The translations under genes and the position numbers were made by a program. 64,000 bases of DNA from an uncultured Chloroflexia bacterium (lineage in GTDB: Bacteria > Chloroflexota > Limnocylindria > Limnocylindrales > CSP1-4), in the NCBI GenBank assembly GCA_963713975.1, contig OY970218.1, forward strand, positions 544,001 through 608,000, read 5' to 3'. Every line of letters begins with the position of its first letter. Within the stretch, counting starts at the first letter, position 1. This document shows, one piece after another, positions 1-9,514 of this stretch. The notes beneath the pieces are model-generated. The model was not told the origin of the DNA. It saw nothing but the letters and a program-made list of their open reading frames with translations, and did no database searches.

Positions 1-1
1 C

Positions 2-874
2 CCCGGCACGACGACACCCGGCGCGCCCGACGTCCATGGCACGGCTCCAGTGGGCGAGGTCCGCTTCCCGCGACAGGTCAGCGACGTCGAGGCCGCGCCG
101 GGCGGGCCCGCTGCCGTGGACGCGGCGGCCGTCGTCGTCAACGACCTGCCATCGGGGACGCCGCCCCAGGAGGCAGCGCGGGTGGACGTGCTCGGAGAGG
201 CCAGCCGCGTCTGGGATCGCCCGCGGAGCGGCCGGACCCGCGAGCAGGAGAACGCGGACCTCGCCGACGCCCGCGCGCGCAGCGTGGCAAGTCGCTTGCG
301 GGGGCTGATCCGGGGCACCCCGGTCACGGAGCACGGGAACGCGGATCTCCGTGCCGCCGCCGCCGGCAAGGGCGTCCGCGACGCCTCGCCCGCGGATCAG
401 CGGGCCTCGATGGTCGCCTCCACCGTGGTCCGTGGGACGCCGGGGACGACCACGCCCGGGACGACGATCCCGGGCACGCCGCCGACGACGACCCCGCAGC
501 AGCACACGTTCGGGATCGGCTCGATGCCGAACCCGTTGCAGGCACGCCAGACCACGGGCTGGGACACGACGGCCAGTGCGACGTTCGTCGGCGGCGCGGA
601 GGCGCAGGTGGGCGCCTACGGCGGCGTGGGCGTGAGCTACTCGATCCCGCTCGGCAAGGCACACATGGACCCCGAGACGATGCACATGATCCGCATCGTC
701 ACCGGGTTCATGAAGCTCATCGGCGACGTCGAGACGCTCAGTCCGCTGGGCTTCATCCGTGACGCGCTCGGCCTGTCGGCCGCCTTCTCCGAGCGTGACG
801 GCGTGATCGGGGAGATGGCGTCCGCGGTCACGGACTGGGCGATCCCGTTGCCGCCGGGCGCGGCCGTGGCCTGA
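2..874 (+). CDS. 5'-truncated protein with an OmpA-like C-terminal-type domain flanked by Pro/Gly/Thr repeats
   Basis: The frame is open from base 2. VGEVRFPRQVSD...VDVLGEAS...ENADLADARARSVASRL resembles the OmpA_C pattern (F...G.as...N..Ls..RA..V...L). PGTTTPG linkers lie on both sides. Confidence 0.6.
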   Translation, partial: PGTTTPGAPDVHGTAPVGEVRFPRQVSDVEAAPGGPAAVDAAAVVVNDLPSGTPPQEAARVDVLGEASRVWDRPRSGRTREQENADLADARARSVASRLRGLIRGTPVTEHGNADLRAAAAGKGVRDASPADQRASMVASTVVRGTPGTTTPGTTIPGTPPTTTPQQHTFGIGSMPNPLQARQTTGWDTTASATFVGGAEAQVGAYGGVGVSYSIPLGKAHMDPETMHMIRIVTGFMKLIGDVETLSPLGFIRDALGLSAAFSERDGVIGEMASAVTDWAIPLPPGAAVA

Positions 875-904
875 TCGATCCGACCGCCAAGGGAGACGAA
901 GCCG

Positions 905-1522
905 ATGACGACCACCACACCCCTGCCGCCGCCGGTCGCGCCGCCGTCCGGCGCGCCGGCGATTCTGCGGACGGTCGATCCGGGTTCAGGTTCGACCGGA
1001 CCACTGTCGTCGGCCGCCGCGCTCGAGGGGGACCGAATCGTGGTCCGGGCGGCGGGCCCCGGCACCGTCGCGGGTCAGCCCTTCTCGCCAGAAGCGTTCC
1101 GTGACGTCGTCATCGACGTCGTCCTCTCGCTCGAGCGCGGCGGCACGGACGACACGTACGGGGTCTTCCTGCGCCAGGTCAACGAACGAACGTACCTGGC
1201 GTTCATGGTCACGCCCGATGGGCGGTGCTCGCTGCTGGCAGTGGGCGATGGCGCATCGGCCCCGATCACGCAGGGGTGGATCCCGCCCGAGGCGCCATTC
1301 GCGCGCGGGCTGGGCGCGGCCAACCGGCTCACGGTCATCGCCGTGGGTCCCTGCGTGACCTGCATCGTCAACGGCTTCGTGGTCACCGGGGCGGTCGTAG
1401 ATACGCGCTACCGGGCCGGCATCGCGGGAAGCCTGGTGGTGCACCTGGCATCCGAGCCGGCCGAAGCAGCCGTTGCGCTCCACTGGGCGCAGGTGCGCGC
1501 GCTACTGGCGGACCAGGGCTAG
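905..1522 (+). CDS. Hypothetical protein, DUF1080/concanavalin-like beta-sandwich
   Basis: 205 aa ORF with a GGAG RBS. NRLTVIAVG..VTCIVNG...DTRYRAGIAG is typical of DUF1080-like domains. Confidence 0.6.
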   Translation: MTTTTPLPPPVAPPSGAPAILRTVDPGSGSTGPLSSAAALEGDRIVVRAAGPGTVAGQPFSPEAFRDVVIDVVLSLERGGTDDTYGVFLRQVNERTYLAFMVTPDGRCSLLAVGDGASAPITQGWIPPEAPFARGLGAANRLTVIAVGPCVTCIVNGFVVTGAVVDTRYRAGIAGSLVVHLASEPAEAAVALHWAQVRALLADQG

Positions 1523-1610
1523 CGGCGCGCAGCGCATCGATGCTCGTGGGGTCGCAACCACCCATGGGCGGGGGACCCACGAGAGCGCGGGCGCGTGCCG
1601 TCGGCGGTCC

Positions 1611-1997
1611 CTAGCAGCCCCAGCCCTTGATCGGCTGATTGTCCTTCGTATGGCCCTCGTCGACCCCGTCGACCTCCAGCCACAGGGCGCCGTGCTGGCC
1701 CCACCAGGCGCTCACGACCGTGCCTTCGGGGGGAGGGACGCACCAGCACTCCCCGTAGCCCGGGATCTGCACATTGAACACGACCGTATGGCCCATGTCC
1801 CTGGCGACGGTGGCGGCCTCGGCCGGCGACTTGCCGACGACGCCCTCGACGACTGGCGCACCGTCGGTCGTGGTCATGCCCGCTGGACCGATGCCTCGAG
1901 CGTTCTGGCAACCGGAGCTGCCGAGATCCATGTTCGGGATCGCCGAGCAGCCTGCGATGAGGACCAGGACCGCAAGCAGGGTGCCGGCGCGAGCCAT
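1611..1997 (-). CDS. Small lipoprotein with a PASTA-like segment
   Basis: MARAGTLLAVLVLIAGC gives a lipobox. VVEGVVGKSPAEAATVARDMG resembles a PASTA repeat. Start reassigned to ATG 1997. Confidence 0.6.
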   Translation of the reverse strand: MARAGTLLAVLVLIAGCSAIPNMDLGSSGCQNARGIGPAGMTTTDGAPVVEGVVGKSPAEAATVARDMGHTVVFNVQIPGYGECWCVPPPEGTVVSAWWGQHGALWLEVDGVDEGHTKDNQPIKGWGC

Positions 1998-2213
1998 CAG
2001 GTGCACGGGGCGAGTCTGGCACACGCGCTGGCGCACGATCGGCTCGTCCGGCGAGAGCTCCGCGCCCCCCCCGCACACGGTTGGCGGCGCCGCGCGCCAC
2101 CACATCGGCACCGCGATCGCCCAGCACGAGTCACCCGAATCGCCGCCTCCGTGCATCTACCCTGTGAAGCGGTTGCCCAAGACCGCCGACCCGTGTGGGG
2201 GAACAGACCCGCA

Positions 2214-2735
2214 GTGACCGTGGAAGCCCTGCGCCGACACCGCCCCGAGGTCCTCGACGACCTCCTGGAGCGGTACGGACGCGAGATCCAGGGCGTGGCC
2301 TACCTGATCCTCAGGGACCGGGCGGCGGCGGAGGACGTGGTGGTGGACACCTTGCTGACCGCACTCGATCGCGGGGACCAGCTTCGGGACCCGGCGGCGT
2401 TGCGGCCGTGGCTCCTCCGGATCGCGACCAACCGGGCGCTGGGCGTCCGGCGGTCATCGTCCCGGGTCGTGCAGCTCCACGTGGTGCCCGACCGGCCCGG
2501 GCGCCGGACCGACGAGGACGAGCGCCTGACCCTGCTCGGCTGCGTGGACTCGCTCGCACCACGCATGCGTGCTGCCGTGGTACTGCGCTACTACGCTGAT
2601 CTGTCAGTGCGCGAGACGGCCGAGGCCCTCGGGACCAGCGAGAACACCGTGAAGACGCAACTCCGCGAGGCGCTCGAGCAGATGCGCCGGGTCCTGGGCG
2701 AGAACGGCGACACGCGGGAGGCCTCCCATGGCTGA
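2214..2735 (+). CDS. ECF RNA polymerase sigma-70 factor
   Basis: Region 2 (AAAEDVVVD...LRPWLLRIATN) and region 4 (RMRAAVVLRYYADLSVRETAEALGTSENTVKTQL). Start is approximate. Confidence 0.9.
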   Translation: MTVEALRRHRPEVLDDLLERYGREIQGVAYLILRDRAAAEDVVVDTLLTALDRGDQLRDPAALRPWLLRIATNRALGVRRSSSRVVQLHVVPDRPGRRTDEDERLTLLGCVDSLAPRMRAAVVLRYYADLSVRETAEALGTSENTVKTQLREALEQMRRVLGENGDTREASHG

Positions 2736-4437
2736 CGAGCTCGATCCGCGGCTGGAGACACGGCTGCGCGCAGCCCTCCACGCCGAGGCCGATACGCTCC
2801 CGATGCTCATCCGGGTGGACGACCTCGAGCGGGCACGACGTCGGCGCGGGGGCCGGCGTCTCGCCCTGCCGGCGTCCCTGCTCGGCCTGGCGGCGGTGCT
2901 CGCGATCCTGGTCGCGTACGGCGTCATCGGGCGTGGCGACCCCTCGCCGGTCGGGGGAACGCCGTCGCCGACCGCGACCTCGCGGCCGCTTGCCACATAC
3001 GAGGACCTGGAGATGGTCGCGGGCCCCGCGATCACGGACTTCCTGCGGGGCGAACACCCGGAGGCCGGCCCGGCCGGCGAGACCGTGACTGTCGCCCTCG
3101 GCTCGCTCGGCGACACGCAAGCCATTGCGTACGGCGCGGACTGTGTGGGCGGGTCGCTCGACCTGGTGCTCGAGAAGGCCGGCGCCGAGATCGGGACCAC
3201 ACGCCTCGGTTGCAGCGGAATACCCTACGGGGCCGACACACCGCTCTCGCTGCAGGGCGAGACCATTGCGGGTCCCATCGACGTCACCGTCCGCGCCGAC
3301 GCGAATGTGCGCTGGCAAATCGTGGTCGCTGGCGCCGAGCCCGGGGACATGCCGCTGATTGTGGAGCCGACCCCAACACCGATCACGGACTTCGGACCCC
3401 CCGGCGAGGCGATCGTCGTGTCCACCGAGGGCGGACCGGCGGCCCCCACCGCCATCGTTATCGACGCGTGGGAGTTGTCCTCCCTCGCCGGCGGCGGCTT
3501 CAGCTCAAGCGAGCGGGAGCTGGCCCGGATTCTCGGCGACCAACTTGGCGCGAACGTCACGCTCGCCTATCCCCTAGGGGCGACGCTGAGCCGCGATGGC
3601 AGGCTCGCGTTGAGCGTACTGAACGGCGATGTGCCTGCGACCCTGGTCCTCGACATCGCCGGCAAGAACCGCGCGACGGTATCGGTGGCGGGCTCGGCGG
3701 ACAACCTCGCGTTCGGCCCGGACGGCCTCCTGGCCAGCAGCGGGGCCGACGGCTTCCTGACGTTCGAGATCGCGCCCGGCGATCTCGTGCGCGTGCCGGT
3801 GAGCGGCATCGAGCTGGTGACGACGCGCGGAACGCCGACCTGGCTCGCCGACGGTTCGGGCGTCCTTGCCGTCCGTTACGACGACACGGGCGCTCCCCTG
3901 TTCGGGGTTGTGGCAACGACGGGCTGGCACCAGCTCGGACCCGACCTCCCTGCCCTGTTCCAGGCGAGAGGCACGGAGCGACCCTTCGACCCGACCGGCC
4001 ACGGGCTGGGGCCGGGTTGCGATACTGGGGGTGGTGTGGCCGGCGGTACCTGTGCACTCGTGCGTACCCGCGGCGACGAGCCGCCCGAGCCCTGGGGCAT
4101 TCCCGGCGGTACCGTCCAGGGCCACCCCGTGTGGGCCCGTGATGGACAGCGAGCTTGGCTCATCCAGGCGGAGAACGACGTCGCCATGAAGATCGTGCTG
4201 GCCCGTCGCGACGGGATCGAGAAGACGACCGTCCTGATCAACAATCCAGGGGCCGCCGCGACCGGCGCGCCGACACTCCTCGGGATCCTCGACAGTGATC
4301 CTTCGGAGCCCCTCTTCGTCGTCTTTGACGGAGGCACGATGACCTGGCTCGCCGGGATCGGCGGCTCGATCGCGCTCCCCGAGAACGCGGCGTTCGCCGG
4401 CTGGGCGGGAGGTGCCGGGACATACCCCGCCCCGTGA
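2728..4437 (+). CDS. Putative membrane anti-sigma factor with an extracytoplasmic beta-propeller-like domain
   Basis: Overlaps the sigma stop. Short N-terminal LETRLRAAL helix, one TM segment, a Pro/Thr linker, then WD40/TolB-like repeats (LAFGPDG, PTWLADG, PVWARDG). Confidence 0.7.
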   Translation: MADELDPRLETRLRAALHAEADTLPMLIRVDDLERARRRRGGRRLALPASLLGLAAVLAILVAYGVIGRGDPSPVGGTPSPTATSRPLATYEDLEMVAGPAITDFLRGEHPEAGPAGETVTVALGSLGDTQAIAYGADCVGGSLDLVLEKAGAEIGTTRLGCSGIPYGADTPLSLQGETIAGPIDVTVRADANVRWQIVVAGAEPGDMPLIVEPTPTPITDFGPPGEAIVVSTEGGPAAPTAIVIDAWELSSLAGGGFSSSERELARILGDQLGANVTLAYPLGATLSRDGRLALSVLNGDVPATLVLDIAGKNRATVSVAGSADNLAFGPDGLLASSGADGFLTFEIAPGDLVRVPVSGIELVTTRGTPTWLADGSGVLAVRYDDTGAPLFGVVATTGWHQLGPDLPALFQARGTERPFDPTGHGLGPGCDTGGGVAGGTCALVRTRGDEPPEPWGIPGGTVQGHPVWARDGQRAWLIQAENDVAMKIVLARRDGIEKTTVLINNPGAAATGAPTLLGILDSDPSEPLFVVFDGGTMTWLAGIGGSIALPENAAFAGWAGGAGTYPAP

Positions 4438-4581
4438 CCCGCGAGAGGGCCCGTGCAGCACGCTGCCGCTCCGGCGTCGGGCCAGTGCACAGCTGGGAGC
4501 GCGTCTGTTTGGCATGCAGGCGCCGATGAGCGCAGTGGCCAACCGCTCCCCGATCACGATCGAGTCGAGCGTAGCCGCCCA

Positions 4582-4630
4582 AGTTATCGGCTGAGGCGCA
4601 GAGACGATAACGGCCTGAGAGCCGATAACT
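4582..4630. repeat. 11-bp inverted repeat AGTTATCGGCT/AGCCGATAACT
   Basis: Perfect reverse-complement arms at 4582-4592 and 4620-4630. Confidence 0.7.
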
Positions 4631-5017
4631 GTGGACGCTGCCGTCGGCCCCTGGCACTGAGGACCCGTCTTACGAGCGGCGGAGGCGGCACACGGTGCGT
4701 CCCCTGACACCTGCGGTGACCGGCTCCGGGCGTTCTATGGTGGGGACCTGGGCGCCGATGAGATCGGCAGCATACCCAAGCAGCTACTGAGCGTTATGGC
4801 CAGCCGCTCCCTGAGCACGATCGGGGCTGCCCACAGACGATCGCCGAGCCGGAAGGCGCCGGGCCTCGCTTGGAGCATGGCGCCCGCTACAGGGGGGTCA
4901 GGCACGGCGTCGAGGAGCATGCCGGATGTGGGCGCCGGACGGGCTTGGGACGCCAGCCGGTTTGACCTCGATCCCGAGCAATGGCGAGCGCGTGCCTGAC
5001 CCTAGGCCAGGCGCCGC

Positions 5018-5782
5018 CTACGAGCGCGAGCGGCCTTCAGCGGCTCCGGGGCCCCGCCGGTAGACGCGCAGCTCAATCACGTCGGGGACATGCCACTCGA
5101 GGGAATAGAGGACCCGCTGGCCCGCGCCGTCCACGTCAACCTGCTGGAGGTGCTGGAGCAGCGTGCCGGGTGTCACCTTCAGCACGGCCGCGAGATCAGG
5201 ATCGGCGCTCGCAGGGGCAATGATCGCTTCGCCGTGCTGAACCGGATGGCCGTTCGCTGCGAGCAGAGCGTAGATCGAGCCGCCCAGCGCCGCTCGGTCA
5301 CGGTCCGAATCGACGATATCGGCGGGCAGATAGTCGATGGAGTACACGGCCGGCCGATTGTCCGCGGTCCTGACACGTCGCAGCTCCACCACGGGGCGGC
5401 CGGGTTTCAGGCGAAGCCACTCGGCTAACTCATCGGAGGCCTGGATCGTGGTGATCCCGAGGATGGTGCATCCGGTCCGCATGCCGGTCGATTCGAGATA
5501 GGAGGTGTAGGAGAAGTTCGTGTCAAGCGAGTTTCGCAGCAGCGGACGGGCGGTGACGTATGTCCCGGAACCCTGTCGCCGGGCAAGATAACCCTCCTCA
5601 ACAAGTCCGCGAACGGCCTCGCGGACCGTTGCGCGGCTGACCGCGAACACCCCGGCCAGGGCATCCTCGTTGGGGAGCTTGGACTCCGGCGCGTAGGTGC
5701 CGGTGAGGACTGCCTGGCGGAGGCCGTCGCGGACGACGTCCGCAAGCAGCGGGCGAGCCAGGCGGGCGACGCGGGTCGTCAC
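5018..5782 (-). CDS. GntR family regulator, HutC/UTRA subfamily
   Basis: wHTH motif KLPNEDALAGVFAVSRATVREAVRGLVEEGYLARRQGSGTYV followed by a UTRA domain. Start is approximate. Confidence 0.92.
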   Translation of the reverse strand: MTTRVARLARPLLADVVRDGLRQAVLTGTYAPESKLPNEDALAGVFAVSRATVREAVRGLVEEGYLARRQGSGTYVTARPLLRNSLDTNFSYTSYLESTGMRTGCTILGITTIQASDELAEWLRLKPGRPVVELRRVRTADNRPAVYSIDYLPADIVDSDRDRAALGGSIYALLAANGHPVQHGEAIIAPASADPDLAAVLKVTPGTLLQHLQQVDVDGAGQRVLYSLEWHVPDVIELRVYRRGPGAAEGRSRS

Positions 5783-5932
5783 TGCGGCGGACCGCCTTCG
5801 CCACCGGCGCCCGGACGGGCCCTCGATGCGATCCTCCAATTGGCCCGGACCAATACTCCTCCTCAGGCCATGCCTACGCTCGATCGCCGCCTACCCTTGG
5901 GGTGCGCCGCCCGGCCGCTCAGGCGCCGCCGC

Positions 5933-6637
5933 TCATCGACCCTCCCCGATCGCCGCGCTCGTCAGGGCGAGCGCGCAGTCCACCTGCTCGCGGACCGACG
6001 GTCCGGCCGGAAGGCGACCGTCAAAGATGGCGCCGCCGATAGTGTAGGCCCACGCCCCAGCGTCGGCGAGGACGTTGATCCGCTCTGCGGAGTCGACGCT
6101 GCCGGCCGCGATGATCGGTCCCGAGGCGGCGCTCACGACCGCCCGGACGAGGGCGGGAACGTCTCCGTTCCAGCGGTAGGCGAGCAGGTCAAGCCCGTCG
6201 ACACCATCACGCGCGGTGAGATCGCGAGCGCTCGACACGACTTCCGCGAGAGATCCCTCGAGGATGCTCGGATGCCCCACGACCCGGCCGGGGAACGGGC
6301 AATAGCGCGGCCTGCCAGCCGTGCCGGGAGGCCCGACGCGGTCGAGGATCGCGAGCGCCTCGTCGGCGTGGGTGCCTCCGACCAGCCAGTCCACGCCGAT
6401 CTCCAGGGCCGCTTCGATCGAGTGGATCTCGTCCTCGGCCCGCTCCGAGACGACCTCGAGGAAGACCTCGCGACCGTCCGCCCGCATGGTCGTCGCGAGA
6501 TCGCGCAGCCGCGCCGGCGGCAGGCCGATGTCCTTGAAGCCGACGTACTCCAGGCTGGAGTCGCGCAGCGTCTCGTAGACGGCCGCAGCGTCCGGGACGG
6601 TCGCGTCGTTGCGGGTGAGCATGAATATGAACTTCAT
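5933..6637 (-). CDS. Uncharacterised ribulose-phosphate-binding TIM-barrel protein
   Basis: 234 aa. C-terminal IIAAGSVDS and AYTIGGAIFDG match the standard phosphate-binding motif of HisA/TrpA-like barrels. Confidence 0.65.
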   Translation of the reverse strand: MKFIFMLTRNDATVPDAAAVYETLRDSSLEYVGFKDIGLPPARLRDLATTMRADGREVFLEVVSERAEDEIHSIEAALEIGVDWLVGGTHADEALAILDRVGPPGTAGRPRYCPFPGRVVGHPSILEGSLAEVVSSARDLTARDGVDGLDLLAYRWNGDVPALVRAVVSAASGPIIAAGSVDSAERINVLADAGAWAYTIGGAIFDGRLPAGPSVREQVDCALALTSAAIGEGR

Positions 6638-6648
6638 CGGGGCATCTC

Positions 6649-7488
6649 CTATGGGAGCCGGATAGGAGCGCCGCCGCCGGCAGGGAGGACGTCGGCGACG
6701 CCGTCGAGCACGAAATCGGGAATGACCGGCGAGCCCTCGAGATCCTCCGGAGTCGTGGCGCCGGTCAGGACGAGGGCGGACGCCATGCCCGCCTCACGGG
6801 CCATCCGCACGTCCGTCAGCAGCCGGTCGCCAACGAGGATGGTGTCGTCTGCAGGAAGGGCGAGACGGTCGAGGAGCGCGGCGGACATGTGCGGGGAGGG
6901 CTTGCCCACGACCGCCTCGGCGAGGGCGCCGGTGCACGCCTCGATGGCCGCCAGCATAGCCGCGCAGTCCGGAAGGTCGCCGGTAGGGGTCGGGCAGAAC
7001 GGGTCGGGGTTCGTGGCCACGATCCGAGCCCCCGCCCTGACGGCACGGAACGCGGCGACCAGCTTGGCGTAGTCGAAGGTCCGGTCCCAGGACACGACGA
7101 CGACATCGGCGGTCGTCGGGTCGTCGGTCGCCGGGTTCAGGATCTCGAAGCCGGCGGATCGCAGGAGGTCCGCCACCACGGGCTCGCTGATCGGGAGGAT
7201 GCGGGCGCCGGCCGCCCTACTGGCGAGGTACCGCAGCAGGGCGTCCGTGGACGAGACTACCTCGGACGCCGTGGCGGGAATCCCGAGGTCCGTCAACTTT
7301 GCGGCATAGGCCCCCGGCAGGTCCAGTGGCTTGTTGGTGAGGAACGCCACGCGCGCCCCGGCCGCGCGGATCGAGGCCACGGTCTCGGCCGCACGCGGCA
7401 GCAGGCTCTCGCCCAGGTAGAGCGTTCCATCAAGATCGAAGACGTAGCCGCCGTAGATCCGGTCGGGGCGGCCATCCGGACGCCTCAC
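6649..7488 (-). CDS. HAD-IIA family sugar/glycerol-phosphate phosphatase (NagD/AraL-like)
   Basis: FDLDGT, FLTN, GKPS and GDRLLTD motifs. GTG start overlaps the upstream stop (GTGA). Confidence 0.92.
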   Translation of the reverse strand: MRRPDGRPDRIYGGYVFDLDGTLYLGESLLPRAAETVASIRAAGARVAFLTNKPLDLPGAYAAKLTDLGIPATASEVVSSTDALLRYLASRAAGARILPISEPVVADLLRSAGFEILNPATDDPTTADVVVVSWDRTFDYAKLVAAFRAVRAGARIVATNPDPFCPTPTGDLPDCAAMLAAIEACTGALAEAVVGKPSPHMSAALLDRLALPADDTILVGDRLLTDVRMAREAGMASALVLTGATTPEDLEGSPVIPDFVLDGVADVLPAGGGAPIRLP

Positions 7489-8900
7489 CGGTTCGGCCCC
7501 AGGATCCCGGAGCGGTCCAGCAGGCGATCGACAGTGGAGTCGTCCCAGTCGCTGGCAAAGAAGCGCAGGTCGGCCACGGTGAACCGGTCCCGCATGAACG
7601 GCAGGCTGCGAAGGGCCCATCGGACGATCTCGGGCGCGGCGGGCGGGTCGAGCTCCTCGATCGTCGCCGGCGCTCCCGCGGCCGAGAGCCCGGTCGCCAG
7701 GGTCTCGGGCGGCGCGACCAGCTTCGTGATCGCGTCCCGATGGCGCTCCCAGTCGGCTGCGAACGCCGCGACCGTTGGCCGCGCCGCGTGCCAGCGAGCC
7801 AGCTTCGCCTCGACGTCGCGCCAGCACTCGTCGCCCATCCGCCCGCTTGGGTCGACCGGCTCGAAGGCGGCGCGCACCCGGCGCTCGAGGACAGCCGGCT
7901 CCGGGAAGGCGCTATCGGCGGTGAGGCGGCCGGGATCGAGGTGGGCGAGGGTGTCTGCCCAGACGGTCGCGCCAAGGACAGCCGCGACGCCGACCTGGGC
8001 GCCGTGGAACGCGAGTGGCCGTCCACTGGCGGCAGCCGTCATGTCCAGCATGTGGCTGAGGACGTGCTCGGTCCCGGACAGCGGCGAGGTGCGCCCGGCG
8101 ACGCCCATCGCGATTCCGGTCAGCGTCATTCGCGAGCCAAGCTCGGCCAGCATCGCGGGGTCGCCGGCGCGGACGCGCCCCGCATCTCGGAGCAGATCCT
8201 CCCCGCCATCACGGAACAGCGCGACGACCGCCGGATCGTAGCTGTCGTCAAGCCCGACGGCGCCCGCGAGATACCAGTCCGCCGGGGCCGTGAACATCGA
8301 GCACAGCTCGCCGAACCCGGCGGCAGTCATCTCCGGCGGGGTGTCCCGGAGGACCTCCAGGTCGACGATCAGGGCGTCGGGCCAGCGTGAAGGCACCGTC
8401 CGCTTCACCCCGGACCGCAGCAGCACCGCCATGTCGTCGGAGAAGGCGTTCACGGACACGGCGGTCTGGACCACCACGAACGGAATGCCCCCGGCGCGCA
8501 TCGATGCGTCCTTCGCCACGTCCGTGATCGTGCCGCTGCCGACCGCAACCACGCAGCCCGCCCCGACCAGCGCGGCATCCGCCTGTGCCAGGGCGTCGGC
8601 GTCGGCGTGGAGCTCGTCAGCGTGCGCGCGGATGACGGCGAGGCGGGTGGGGAACCGGGTCTCCAGCGTCGCCAGGATGCCCGCCTTGAGGTCCGCGCCG
8701 GCCCGGGTCATCGCCGTCTCGTCGACGATCACCACGACGTCGCCGTCACGGCAGAGGTCCGCCACGTCGTCGGGCAGCGCCTCGATCGTGTTCGGTCCGA
8801 TCCGGATGCGGTCCATGCCAATGGGGCGACGACGGGCAGCATCGCCCTTCGCAAGGCGGCGGCGCAGCCCAGGGAGGTCGGTCGGGTCGGCAGGGAGCAT
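7485..8900 (-). CDS. sn-glycerol-1-phosphate dehydrogenase-like protein (AraM/EgsA family, DHQS/Fe-ADH fold)
   Basis: AVGSGTITDVAK, TAVSVNAFS, AAGFGE, ADW, SGTEHVLSH and HGAQVG motifs. GGAGG lies upstream of ATG 8900. Confidence 0.85.
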   Translation of the reverse strand: MLPADPTDLPGLRRRLAKGDAARRRPIGMDRIRIGPNTIEALPDDVADLCRDGDVVVIVDETAMTRAGADLKAGILATLETRFPTRLAVIRAHADELHADADALAQADAALVGAGCVVAVGSGTITDVAKDASMRAGGIPFVVVQTAVSVNAFSDDMAVLLRSGVKRTVPSRWPDALIVDLEVLRDTPPEMTAAGFGELCSMFTAPADWYLAGAVGLDDSYDPAVVALFRDGGEDLLRDAGRVRAGDPAMLAELGSRMTLTGIAMGVAGRTSPLSGTEHVLSHMLDMTAAASGRPLAFHGAQVGVAAVLGATVWADTLAHLDPGRLTADSAFPEPAVLERRVRAAFEPVDPSGRMGDECWRDVEAKLARWHAARPTVAAFAADWERHRDAITKLVAPPETLATGLSAAGAPATIEELDPPAAPEIVRWALRSLPFMRDRFTVADLRFFASDWDDSTVDRLLDRSGILGPNR

Positions 8901-8930
8901 CTGGGTGCGTGGCCTCCGCGGCTGTGCTTG

Positions 8931-8983
8931 GTCATCAGTCGTCCGATGACTTGACTCTAGGGCCGTTTGCCCCGTGATGTCAA
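8931..8983 (-). promoter_or_regulatory. sigma70-type promoter TTGACA-N18-TAGAGT with an adjacent GTCATC-N8-GATGAC palindrome (candidate GntR operator)
   Basis: On the minus strand, -35 is at 8978-8983 and -10 at 8954-8959. The palindrome spans 8931-8950, over the predicted transcription start. Confidence 0.65.
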
Positions 8984-8984
8984 C

Positions 8985-9280
8985 GGAGGTCGAGCCCAAT
9001 CGATCCAGGAAACGAGATCCAGCGTTCGCGCGGGATCGATCGGCTCCCCATCGCGAGGAGCGCCCGGCCGCGGGCCACGACCTCGGACGGGCCGCTCCTT
9101 CGTTGGAGAACCCGGAGTTGGTGGCGGAGGACCAAGGATCTTGAGGTCCTTGGCGCCGTCATCGCGGCCGCCGATCCCGAGGCCAAAAGCCAGCACCCGA
9201 ACTATCAAACCGAGGATGAACAGCATCCGGGCATCCTGCGGTGTGGGATGACCGTGAATCGGGGTTTCGAACCCCACGGG
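8985..9280 (-). mobile_element. Remnant of an integrase-core (rve) type IS: element end plus a frameshifted transposase N-terminus
   Basis: Across a frameshift it reads GAKDLKILVLRHQLRVLQRR...RALLAMGSRSIPRERWISF, matching the KDxEILVLRHQL N-terminus of actinobacterial-type rve transposases. Terminal motif CGTGGGGTTCGAAA at 9265-9278. Confidence 0.75.
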
Positions 9281-9372
9281 CATACGCCACGGGCTTGCGG
9301 CTGCACTCCCGCAGCAGGTGGTTGTTCCTGCCTGGCGACCAGGGCCAACCGCATCAGAGGGTCAACGTCATC

Positions 9373-9410
9373 GCATTGCTACGTGAGCATGATGTAGCAT
9401 GCAGCAATGC
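9373..9410. promoter_or_regulatory. Candidate operator copy 1: GCATTGCT-N22-AGCAATGC
   Basis: Arms at 9373-9380 and 9403-9410, upstream of the GDPD operon. Confidence 0.75.
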
Positions 9411-9514
9411 TACGCTCAGGTCCCTGGCGTGACGCACGCACCCCAATGAGCGAAACTGCTTGCTCCTCCCGGAGCGCCTGGCCATCATCCAACACGCCTA
9501 GGAGGGCTTGATCC

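Noticed and set aside
7485-8900. Archaeal-type ether lipid synthesis
   Set aside because: No GGGP/DGGGP synthase or CarS is recognisable nearby. The neighbouring TIM barrel lacks clear PcrB motifs, though an HMM check is advisable.
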